From the human T2T-CHM13v2.0 reference genome, Homo sapiens: a stretch of 64,000 nucleotides of DNA. The stretch lies in NCBI RefSeq assembly GCF_009914755.1, contig NC_060938.1. The stretch is one strand, 5' to 3'. The position numbers were made by a program, and so were the translations under genes. Position 1 is the first letter of the stretch. Every line of letters begins with the position of its first letter. Below the pieces are notes generated by a model that was not told the origin of the DNA, did not search any database, and saw only the letters and a program-made list of their open reading frames with translations. Below are positions 1 through 11,620 of the stretch, piece after piece.

Positions 1-1091
1 ACTGCATTCTCTATGTTCTTAGAAGGAAGGAAACTGTGGACTATTTAGAGTTATTTTCTCTTAGTTGCCAGAGCCAGCCACTTGCATGCATAAAAACCAA
101 ACATTAACAATAAGTTATTCTTAGTGTGGGGACCCACTAGAAAAAAAAAGTAAATTCAAATGTCTGTGAAGGCAAGGGCATGTATAGCTTGAAAAATATC
201 CTTTGGTTTCCATGACATCACTTAGTCATCTCTTTCCCACACTGACCACGTCTCATTTTTCTTCCCCAGTTTCCTTCACTCATTACATTTTGGTTCTCCC
301 AGGTTTACTATCTCCAGATTTTTTCCTCCTTCTTCTCTCTATGTGCTATGTAAAATCTACCAAGCTGGTGGCTTTCACTACCCTGTACATGACAATGTTC
401 TCAAGCCTTATCCCTAACTCAGAATTTTCTTCTGAGTCGCCGATCTGCATTTCAAGCATTTGAATGCCCAGTAGCATGAAAAACTAAAAATGTGCCTAAA
501 TAAAGCTTATAATTTCTACCCTCATTTACCTTAAAATTCTATCTAGTTCTTTATTCTTTACTTCATTTAATTGGAACACCATCCATTCATTTGCTCAATT
601 CCAAAAGCTGGACATTACTTCTCTTTGAGTTGCACGATCCTGGCATTGGAACTACTGGTAGCAGCCCTTTTCTTAGGACTTACATGCACTTTATTACGGC
701 ACTGTTTTGACTATTATTACTGCTTAACAAACATTTTAAAACCAAGTGACATAAAACAACATTTTATTATGGTCATTTATTCTTTAGATCAGGAATCTGG
801 AAAGAGGACAGTAAAGACGGTTTGTCTTTCCTTCATGATATGTGTGGCTTCAGGAAGATTCGTAGACTGGGGATAACTTAATAGCCCTGTGTTGGCATCA
901 TCATGAGTCACATTGTAGCTATCTTTGGAAAGCATAATCTGCAGCAAACATCACACTTTTATGAATCTTTACATACCTGTGGCATTTGTCACATTAAAAT
1001 TGTTATAGAAATTTACACTGATCGCAACTTTTAAATTATGGCAATTATTACAGCCATTGCCAGATCTTGTCAATTGAGGCATTCATTTTAA

Positions 1092-1530
<439 letters not shown>

Positions 1531-1704
1531 TCAGATAGCAAATGGGATTTAGGCACAATAAAAGGTTAACTCTCAGTATTACTTGAATAAGTGAATAAAT
1601 GAATAGCAGAAATAAAATTTTGCCATTTAAGTGGTAATTTCTAGTTAGGTAAATTTTTAAAACGCAGATCACCGCACTTCCCAAGAATGCGAAACAAATG
1701 TAAT

Positions 1705-2123
1705 ACTCTTTTGGGCTAAGAATACATTTTATTTTGTCTGTTTGGGTCCCTATTTCATTAGTGTTTAGGAAATCAGTAAGTATAATTATGTAATAATTAA
1801 GCAATAATTAAAATACCATATTATGGTTTCTGTATTACAACACTCTGAGCAGGTCTGATTCTATGCATCGAAGCAAAGTAAACAAACACATGAACCTGGA
1901 GAATGTTCCTTTAGTCCTGCCTTTCCCACAGTGAGTTCTATAAAATGCTGGTTCTGTTATACATGAAAATAAAAGGAAAGAAGTAAGGAAGGGAAGGAGA
2001 GAGAAAAGAAAAGAAAAGAAAAATGTTGGGGTGTTTGCTGGTCAAATTAGATGGAGAAATACACGGTTCAACCAAGCGTAAAATATTTCTTTGTAATTGG
2101 ACATTCATGTTGATGGCAGGTCC
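1705..2123 (-). ncRNA. Candidate terminal exon (exon 3) of a minus-strand spliced transcript
   Basis: Minus strand has a strong acceptor, ACTGTGCTCTGTGTTCTCTCTTCTCAG|GGACC (AG at 2125-2124). AATAAA lies at 1733-1728, followed by CA and a U/GU-rich tract (TTTGTTTCGCATTCTT). Signal-based inference only; the 3' end is approximate. Confidence 0.3.
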
Positions 2124-2561
2124 CTGAGAAGAGAGAACACAGAGCACAGTGTTTTCCAACCCTTCCTTCTCCTGAGTATCACATTTTATGGAAAAACTGG
2201 TCCAGTCCAGTTTCCTCATGATGTGCCTACAGAAACCAAGGTCCAGAAAGGCAAATGACATGCCCAAGGACAATCAGCTATGAGGAGCAGGGCCAAAACT
2301 GGAATCTGTCTCCTGGTTTCCAGTCAAAAGCTGTTTCCACTTTCCCACCATGCCAAATAATTAACAGTGCAGGTGCCTCCTTGCACAGAACAGAGTAATA
2401 TCGATAAATCAAAATGTCGGTTGCAGACTGGTTGTTGGAATAAGTAATCTGAATGGGCAAGAATGATGAGACAGAAGCAATCCTTCATAGTATTTCTGCT
2501 CAAGTAAGAGCTGCTGACATATTTTAGGTATGTAGCCTCTCTTTGAAGAACATCTTTTTAC

Positions 2562-2736
2562 CTTCCTCTATTCCTGAGACCCCTATAGCATTTGTGGTGG
2601 GATGAGGCCTGGGGGCTTCAAGCATGGCACTTGGCAAGATGCAGAGCAGAGAGCCAGTTCTATGGCTGCACAGAAAGCGAACAGTGGTGATGACTGTCTC
2701 CTCTGCCTTCTGAGAAGCCAAAGATGAGAATATGAC
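2562..2736 (-). ncRNA. Candidate internal exon (exon 2, 175 nt) of a minus-strand transcript
   Basis: Minus-strand acceptor TCAGCTCTTCAG|GTCAT and donor GGAAG|GTAAAA. Unique, GC-richer sequence between Alus. Contains GCCATGC at 2625. Confidence 0.33.
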
Positions 2737-2874
2737 CTGAAGAGCTGACTTGGAGTACCATCCTGCAAGATTCATTACATTTAGGTGTGAAGTGTTGCTT
2801 TGTTTTGTTTTTCATTCACATCTACAGATTGGAAAGAGTTTCTTCTCCTTTCTCCTCTTGAAATAATCACTTTC

Positions 2875-3257
<383 letters not shown>

Positions 3258-3368
3258 TCAATTTTAACATAATAAAGCAGAGAAGAAACCTATGGGATTG
3301 TTAATTTGACTTGTGGACAGTCTGTGTATCTTAACAATTACACATCCCGAGGGCAGCCTCCTTCCCTT

Positions 3369-3724
3369 CTTTTTTTTTTTTTTTTTGTTTTACTTTGTTT
3401 TGTTTTGTTTTGTTTTGTTTTGTTTTGTTTTGTTTTGAGATGGAGTTTCGCTCAGTCGCCCAGGCTGGAGTGCAATGGCACCATCTCAACCTCTGCCTCA
3501 CTGCAACCTCTGCCTCCCGGGTTCAAGCGATTGTCCCGCCTCAGCCTAGTGGGGTAGCTGAGATTACAGGCACCCGCCACCATGCCCAACTAATTTTTGT
3601 ATTTTTATTAGAGATGGGGTTTCATCATGTTGGCCAGGCTGGTCTTGAACTCCTGACAGGTGAGCCACCTGCCTCAGCCTCCCAAAGTGCTGGGATTACA
3701 GGCGTGAGCCACTGTGCCCGGCCC
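3369..3724 (-). mobile_element. AluS-family SINE with (TTTTG)n tail
   Basis: T-tract and (TTTTG)n, then GAGATGGAGTTTCGCTC...GTGAGCCACTGTGCCCGGCC. Small internal duplication of CAACCTCTGCCTC. Confidence 0.96.
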
Positions 3725-4428
3725 CTTTTCTTCTGTACCCTCAGAATCTAACTTGTGAATAGCTAGTCAGAACTTAAGAACTGAGAACCAGCTAAAGAAA
3801 ATGAGGTTCTTAGGTAAGGTACAAAAGACGATCAAAGATTCAAAGGCCCTGAGAGAAGAGGAGAAACAGGTGGGCCAACAGAGGTGGGCCACAGCCCTGA
3901 CAGAGTAGACAATCCCAAGGTCAGAGAATGGAGGCAGCCAAGAGTAAGTGAAATGGGGTGGAGGGCCGAGCAAGGGAGCTGAAGAAAGGTGGCACGCAAA
4001 GACTGTTTGAGGCCTACGTGTACACACTTGAATGGCTAACAAAATAGGCCATTTGGGTTACGAATTGCATCGTCCCTTCCTTCCAATTATGAATCACAGT
4101 GTTAGAATGACGGTATCTTGTCAAGGAAATGGTATGACAGTTTTCAGATACTGCAGTAATCTCATTCAATCTGTTCCATTCTTTGCTTCTACTGCAGCCA
4201 CTTTTCTTCAAAATTTAATAGTAAAGGTGTATGTGATTGGACTGCAAGGTAATCGTCAAGGGACTCTTAGAAATTCTCCTCAGAGATAATATAAAATAGT
4301 TGACCATGTCCCAACAGAAATACCAAATTTGAAAAAGATGTGTGGAGAGGAGGATAGTGAGACAATCTGAAAAATAAGCTAACTTAACTGACAAGTTTCC
4401 TGCCCTCAAAGAAAAGAAGAAAAAAAAA

Positions 4429-4432
<4 letters not shown>

Positions 4433-4480
<48 letters not shown>
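4433..4480. repeat. (CA)n(TA)n microsatellite
   Basis: About 18 CA units followed by a TA run, read directly. Confidence 0.97.
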
Positions 4481-4814
4481 TCCCCATCTAAAAAGAACGT
4501 AATCCCATAATGTGAAAACCATCCAACCCACACTGCTAGGGTGAAGGGGAAACATATTAGCAAAAACGATACAGAAAACGATTCTGAAGTGCTGACTGTT
4601 CCATAGAGTAAGTGAAAGCAGAAAGCAATTCAGGTATAATTTTCTTGAACAGGAAACAACAGCCAAATTCTTATTCAGAGATAATCCGGTCTCTACGAAT
4701 TCCTTCTTTCACAAAATCTCCTTTTCCCCATCTTTTAAATTGGGTGACTGGGAATTATCCTTTTGGAGAAACTCAGCAAGATTTCTCGGTTTGCCTTTTT
4801 ACAAAGGAAGTCAG

Positions 4815-5500
4815 CTAGAAACCGCCCCGTCACTGACGGGGAGGCAAAGGACTCTCGGCGGCCAGGCCCTGAAGCCGCATTGGTGGGTCTCCATTTAGTT
4901 TGTCCTTTAAAGTCCGGAGAATGATTATTCCATAATTCTCTCACCTGATTAATTCTTAACTATGAACATAATTACACTCTCCAGAAGGTAAATCGGTCTT
5001 ATAAATCAGTCGTCGCTGACAGTTCACTATGCGCAGCGCGATCGCCCGGGGTTGGCGAGCTGAGCTGAGGGTGGGTGTTTGCCAAGTCGCCGGTCCCCTG
5101 CGTCCCCGCCCGCCGGTCCCTTCTCCGACCCGAGACCCCCGCCCGCCGCAGCCCGACTCTGGGGCGTTTGGGAGGTGGGCCTGAGGTTTGCCTAGGACTC
5201 GAGTTCCTTTCAAAGGAAGGCGAGAGGGAGATGGGGAGAAGGAGACTCGGAGACTTCTCTATTAAAGCCGCGCTGAACTCTAGCCTTCTGGCAAGCCGCG
5301 GCAAGCCGCCAATTTGAAGTGTGTGAGCTTTAATCTGCTCCTAGCCTGATGGGCTCCCGTGTCCACAGGGAGCTGGGAGGCATCCATTACGCCGGACCAA
5401 GGAGATGGAGCGTCTAGGAAATATGTTAATGCCGGAGCCCTCCCCGCCGGCCCGAACCTGCCCTTGCCAGTCTGACAGCCTCGGAGAAAGTGACATTTCG
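4815..5500. promoter_or_regulatory. CpG island / promoter
   Basis: Only strongly CpG-rich, GC-rich non-repeat segment in the window. Contains GC boxes CCCCGCCC (~5104 and ~5137), ATTGG (CCAAT on minus) near 4880, an NRF1-like TGCGCAGCGCG near 5030 and paired CGTCA/TGACG half-CREs at 4825-4841. Confidence 0.85.
4945..5080 (-). ncRNA. Candidate first exon of a minus-strand transcript
   Basis: Strong minus-strand donor AATCAG|GTGAGA (GT at 4944-4943) just downstream of the GC boxes in the CpG island. The 5' end is approximate. Confidence 0.42.
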
Positions 5501-6594
5501 GGAGAGTGTCACTCCTAGCAGGGCTCCCAAAATTCACTCCTATTCGTTGTATTAAACGTTTTTTTTTAAAGACTTCAATGATCCATTCATTTGCTAAAAA
5601 TGCGATGTTCTGTTTGTTTTTTTGTATTTGTAAGTCCAGGATGGGTGGTTTTTGTGCACAGAAAAACCCACTTAACTTAGTAAACAATGGCTTTTAAATT
5701 AACACATGAAATATTAAAGTTATACATTTTAAAATCTAGCTTTTCTTAAGCGTTTGATTTCTACATATAAATCTTCTATTCATAGTATAGCACATTCAGC
5801 AACAATTTTTTAGGGAGATTGGCTAATATTTGGTCCTATTTACAAACTTTTTTTAAACCTCTTCAAACATTTTAAACCTGATTTGTCAATTGAGTATATC
5901 CTATTACCTATTTAAGTTTCTCAAAGATCTGATGGACAAACTTTTCTAGATAGTTTAGTATAATAGCTTTTACAAATTAATTACATGGCATGGTGAACCC
6001 CAAATTCTATTAAATGTCCAAACTGAATGTATCGTTGGTAAGACGTGAACTAAAATGACAAGTATGAATCAATTACACAATTAACATGTTTAACTGGAAT
6101 GACAGATTTACCTGTTATTCTAATAGATCCAATTCTCTTAAATACCGTAATACTTAAACTATGAAATATACTCATATTTCTTAATAATAAAATATCACTA
6201 CTACATATTTGATTTCCTTAAATATTTCTATACTTATTTCTAAATCTTCCTCAAGCTAACAAAACATCTTTTTCATTAAGAAAAATAAATGTAGTTTGGT
6301 GGTTGTCTTTCTAAAATGGCCTCAGCTTGCTGAGATTTCTTAAATAACAAAAGGATAACAGTCATACTTAATGGTCTGCAATCCTGATAGAAAATAGGGA
6401 GTGCTATTTATAGTAGCTATAGCAATAATTCCAAAATCTAAAGAAGATGGCACGTAGCCCACGTCCTTTGGTCTTGAATCATAGCATTACCTAATTTTCA
6501 AATTAGTTTAGTTTGCATTTACATTCAAACTGACTATAACACTCAAGTGAATACTTTCATATATTTTACTTTTAAGTTATATACGCCTTCCAGT

Positions 6595-6994
6595 TGTTAA
6601 AAAGTTTAGCCTAAAACTACCTCCTTACGTATTTTAAGTTTGGCCTAAATGTTTCTCCATACATAGTCAACTGTAACCTAAGTGGAGATGTAAGCAGACT
6701 GATACCTACTCTTTTGGTAATCACTGAGTTTCATCCAGTCAAAGGTGGCCAACTGTTCAAGCCCATGTTCAAATAAGGCAAATGCCCAGCTGTGCCCAAT
6801 CTGGCTGTTTCTATACCTCAGTGCCATTTTCTGTACCTAACTTTCCTTTTTCTGTTCAAAAATGTTTTTTCTGCCACGTGGTAGCGCCAGAGTCTCTCTG
6901 AACCTATTCTGGTTCTGGGGCTGTCTGATATGGGAATTGTTCTCTGCTCTATTAAACTATTAAACTTAATTTGTCCAAGGTTTTTCTTTTAATG
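6595..6994 (+). mobile_element. ERV1 solo LTR, MER57-like
   Basis: Begins TGTTAAAAAGTTTAGCCTAAAACTACCTCCTTAC, includes GTTCAAATAAGGCAAATGCC and ends AAGGTTTTTCTTTTAATG. About 400 bp, with near-TSD CAGT/TAGT. Confidence 0.85.
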
Positions 6995-7034
6995 TAGTCT
7001 AAACCTAGAGTTTTTAAAAGACATTTTAAAAAGG

Positions 7035-7930
7035 CTTTTTAAAAAAATGATAGAGAACTTCAAACATACACAAAATAAACAACATAATGAGATCCTGATT
7101 TCTCCATGTGTCAATCACTGAGTTCCAACAACCATGGTGAATCCTGCCCCATTCATACACTTATCCACTTCCCCCCTGCTGCTTTATTAGGAAGCAAATC
7201 TTAGGTACCCTATCCTTTTATCTGCAAATGAACAATGAGCACTGCTTCTTAACACAATCAGTTACCATCACCACACCTAAGAAAATTGACAAATTTCTTA
7301 GGAAGATATCCAGTGTTGAAATTTCTGATTCTTTCATAAATGTGAGAAAATTTGTTGTACAGTTTATTTGAATCAGGATCTGGACAAAACAAAAATCCAC
7401 ACCTTGAAATGGCTGATGTTTTTTAAAATCTCTTTTAATCTGTAAGAACCTCCTCCAACCACTTTTTCTTGAATTTATTTATTGAAGAAATGAAGGGTTT
7501 GTCCTGTAGAGTTTCTCTCATTCTAGATTTTGCTGATTGAATCACATTGGGGTAGATTTACATATTCTTCATTCTCTATTTGGTACAAATTACAGTTTTC
7601 ATAAAACTACTTTATAAACATTGTATCCATCCAAATAGAAGTGCACAATGCCTACCTCCTTGTCCGTCTCTCTCTCTGTTCCCCTCTCTCTCTCTCGATT
7701 TCTTTCTATGTTACTAGCAACCACTAATGACCAGAGCCTGGATCCGTTAATTCTTCTGTGAAAAAAAATTACTCCTCATCCACTATTTGGTTACCTAGTG
7801 GTATAGTTCGCATAAGAGAGCAATATAAGCCTTTAAATTGTTACTTTATTTACCAATTTTCAAACTATTGACTCAGTACAGTAGCATCCTCCAATGATGA
7901 TCAGTTAATTTTGTGTTTGTTTTTTCAATA
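7035..7930 (-). mobile_element. Old L1M (L1MC/L1MD-like) 3' fragment
   Basis: Degenerate antisense L1M 3'-UTR-like text (e.g. TTCAAACATACACAAAATAAACAACATAATGAG, CTAGATTTTGCTGATTG). Boundaries approximate. Confidence 0.5.
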
Positions 7931-7957
7931 TGAATGAATGAATTTAAAAATAAAAGA

Positions 7958-8760
7958 CCTGCACACTGGGCCGGACACACAGGACGTGTTTCTGGCAGAG
8001 CTGGCTGTGATGCGTGCTCTGTTCCATTCAGCATGTCTGTGTGTGCAGGACCTGGCTCGCTTCATACTGAGATGGCTGAGCAGTCAGACAAGGGCATAAA
8101 ATACTACACCCTGGGAGAGATTAAGAAGCACAATCACAGCAAAAGCACCTGGGTGATCTTGCACCACAAGGTATATGATGTGACCAGATTTTTTGATGAG
8201 CATTTCTGTGGGGAAGAAGTCTTCAGGGAACAAGCTGTAGGTGATGCTCCTGAAAACTGAGGATATCATGCACTCTACGGATGCTAGAGAATTGTCCAAA
8301 ACATATATCATTGGGGGGGCTTTATCCAGATGACAGATCAATCACAAATCTTTCAGAAACCCTTTTTACTACTGTTGATTCTCACTCTAGTTAGTGGACT
8401 AATTGGGTGATCCCGGCCATCTCAGCACTCACCGTAGCCCTGAGATATCACCTCTACATGGCCATATCTCAGAAGCCCATGAAAGAAAAGACTGCTTTGG
8501 ACAAAGGAGAAAAAAAAGCCAATGTTAACTACTTTGACTGAGAGAAAACTTCACCTGAAATAATAATTTTAATATGTCCATTTCCCTTTCCTCTTTCATT
8601 AAAAACAAAAGAAAAAGAACTGTTTTATTCTTTCTACTCTTGAATAAGTGTGCCTTCTTACTCGTCAACTTTATTTTGATCTTTCTTCACTACATAATTT
8701 ACTTATTGTAAGTATGATCTTTTAAAAATATATCTGGCTTTTAAAATATACAAAATAAAT
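7958..8760 (+). pseudogene. Processed pseudogene of cytochrome b5 type A (CYB5A retrocopy, membrane-anchored isoform)
   Basis: ATG at 8072 encodes [62 protein letters not shown], then a frameshift and TGA at 8258. Later remnants include HSTDARELSKTYIIG and the TM segment WTNWVIPAISALTVALRYHLYMA. Intronless, with both UTRs, an A-rich end and a 12-bp TSD (AAAAATAAAAGA 7946-7957; AAAAATGAAAGA 8761-8772). Confidence 0.95.
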
Positions 8761-9039
8761 AAAAATGAAAGAGTTACATAGTCCTGCTTTCAGGTGACTT
8801 GTTCTCCAGTGAAAAGGCATAACTTCAAGTTTGTGCAGCCCACCGGTCTATGCTTCCAAAGTCCAGATTTTAGGAAATGGTTAACAGGAAGACATCGAGG
8901 GAAATAACCTTAATGAAACTTTCATATCTTGTGCTGTAGAAAATTTTTAGAAATATATTTAAGATTGTTGTGTTTGGGTAAATAAATGACAATTTCATTG
9001 GTGATTTTTTATGTGTCAGGATTGGCTCAAAGCATTTTA

Positions 9040-9200
9040 ATTGTATTACACACATTAACTCATTTAATTCTTATACTGCTGTATCATCCCCATTTTACAG
9101 ATAAAGATACCAAGGCACAGTGTAGTTAAATAATATGGCCACTCTCATCTACTATATAAGTAGAGAAGCTGAGATTAAGATTCAGAGCCTGAGCCCATCA
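9040..9200 (-). mobile_element. MIR SINE fragment
   Basis: MIR core ATCCCCATTTTACAGATAAAGATACCAAGGCACAG...GTTAAATAA. Confidence 0.7.
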
Positions 9201-10211
9201 CAACATGTTTTGCTATTGAAACTTACTTCAGTGTAGAAATTTCAAAAATGAAATAATTCATCTATGTTCTGAATAGCAAGGAACTTAAATCCCTGCACAA
9301 CATTGAAAAAACAAATAAAGCAATTCACACAGACCAAGTACCAGAGCAATCAAAGAAATTATTTATAGCAAAAGAGAAAAGAGGATATTATTTAGAAATG
9401 AAATATGGAACTCTGACTTTCGAAGGTACAGAACTAAAACATTAAGGACATTCTGAACTCAAAGACAGTTGGAAACCAGCAAGGTAGGGTGGAAAGTTCA
9501 GTCAGAATCAAACATACCCAGATACAAATCCAGCCTTAACCACTTACTAGCAATGCATCTTTGGCTCTTACTAACATCCCTGAAACCTGTTTTCTTTCCC
9601 TGTAAAATGAGAAACAAAATAATCTTAAATCTTAATATCAGTCTCTTCAGTTGATTAGTAAATTGCTAAATGGCTTCCTATAGGCATTCAATGAATGGTC
9701 GTTTCTGATTCTTTAACTTATTCAGTGTTTTAATATTTCATTTTATATATTTTTCAGTTAACCACTTTTTTTAAACTCTTCCGTGTAAAATTAAATGAAC
9801 TTGAATGAGTCCCTGGATGTAAGCTTTGCTTCTTTTAACCAAAGAATAATTATTTTAGTCATCTTAACCTGGGCTAATTCTTTTAATTTCTGCTGAATCT
9901 CCTAGGAAATACATAGGGGAAAAATACTAGGCAATATAACTTTCATTAGATGACAATTTGGTGTGACTATAGGGAGTACTGAGCAAAGGGGGAAAGCTAA
10001 TTGTATAGAGTAGAGAAGTCTAATTCAGAGAAAAGAGGCCTGTTTCGAGTTCCTTCATCAAAATTATGCAGTGATACAAGAAGAAACTTCCCTATATATC
10101 AAAACAGAAAAAATGGAAATGTAAGTTTTGACACAGTCAATAACAGAGTCACCAAATTCACTGGCCAGTGGTACACATGTGCAATTTATATTTCTTAAAT
10201 CGCATACACAC

Positions 10212-10588
10212 TGCTATTGTTTGGATGTACCTGTCCCTCCAAAATTCCTGTGTTGGAACCTGATATCCAATGTGATAGTATTAAGAGGTGGGGACTTTGG
10301 GGAAGTGATAAAGTCATGATGGCTTCCTCCTCCTGTATGGATTAGTGCTCTTATAACAGAGGTTGAAGGGAGCACCCCCCTGCTCCTTTACCCACACCTT
10401 CCACCATGTAAAGATGCAGCAAGAGAAACCATCCAGAAGCAGAAAGCAGCCTTCACCAGACACTGAATCTACTGGCAGCTTGATCTTGGACTTCCCAGCC
10501 TGCAGAACTGTGAGAAATAAATTTATATTGCTTACAAATTATCCAGTCTTAGTGTTTTGTTTTAGTAGCATGAATGGGCTGAGATACA
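10212..10588 (+). mobile_element. MaLR solo LTR (MLT1A0/MSTD-like)
   Basis: TGCTATTGTTTGGATGTACCTGTCCCTCCAAAATTC...CTTGATCTTGGACTTCCCAGCCTGCAGAACTGTGAGAAATAAATT...GCTGAGATACA. Confidence 0.88.
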
Positions 10589-10721
10589 CTCAGATGCACA
10601 CACACATGGCATACTCATTTGCAGTTCTCTATCACCTAAGTAGTGGCTAGTATTAAAATGCTGACCCTTTGCTCCCTGTGCTAGTCCTACACACTTACCA
10701 TAGGCCACTGGTCACAATAGC

Positions 10722-10780
10722 AGTCCTTAATGCATTTTCAAGCCAAACGTGGCAAGTCCTTAATGCACTTTCAAGCCAAA
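10722..10780. repeat. Tandem duplication, 33-bp period
   Basis: AGTCCTTAATGCATTTTCAAGCCAAA at 10722 and AGTCCTTAATGCACTTTCAAGCCAAA at 10755. Confidence 0.9.
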
Positions 10781-11129
10781 AATCCAGGATATACAAACAC
10801 TGGGGCACAAAATAACGGGATGAGACCAGGAAGGCCATTGTGCCCATTAAAGATAATAATAATAATTTGCTCAAAACACTCAGGTGCAAGAAATGACACA
10901 TCTTCTCTATTAAAAAAAAAAAAAATCAAACTTTGTGTGACTCTCTGCTTCTTGTTGCTCAGTTACAAGATGCCTAATTCCTGCCAGAAAGCTTGAAGAG
11001 AAGGTTTTTATTCTGAAGGCCAGGATTTCTACTGAGATTCCAATTGTCCATGTCAATAATGACAATGGTCAACTTAAATGAAGGAGACTCTACTCCCTAT
11101 TTGTCTAGTTTGGGCTGAGGAGATTTGCC

Positions 11130-11620
11130 ATTATTCATTCATTTAATGAATATTTATGGAGCACATACGATGTGCTAGGCACCATCTTGGAGACGAGTAT
11201 TTAATAAAACAGACAAAAATCCCTTCTCCCATAGAGATTGTCTTTATTCTCTATTTCCCTCTGTTCCCCCCACCCCAACCCTGCACCTCTAGAAATTAAG
11301 TAAAGAATAATCAATGCTAAGGGGAAGTAGTGAAGCAAGGAAGACACACAGAGTCAGAGTGAGAGGTTGACATTTTAGAAAGAATGGCCGGGGAAGGCCT
11401 CATGCAGCAGGTAAATAAGACTGAAGGAAGCCAGGGAATTAGCCATGTGGCTCTAGGGGAAGTGCAGCCTACATAGAAGAAGCATAGAGCTCTAAGGTCA
11501 TGAAGAGGGGGTAAGCCTGGCTGTCAAGTACTTGGGAGGCGGGTGCAGCTGAAGGGAGTGAAAGAGGGGAAAAGTGATAGACGGTAAAATCAGATTTTAA
11601 AGGCACTGGATAAGAGAGAG
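11130..11620 (-). mobile_element. L2 LINE 3' fragment
   Basis: ATTCATTCATTTAATGAATATTTATGGAGCACATACGATGTGCTAGGCAC is a typical antisense L2 3' end. Confidence 0.7.

Noticed and set aside
7934-8260. Functional cytochrome b5
   Set aside because: Frameshift and stop before the second heme His, HPGG motif mutated, C-terminal codons deleted, intronless with TSD.
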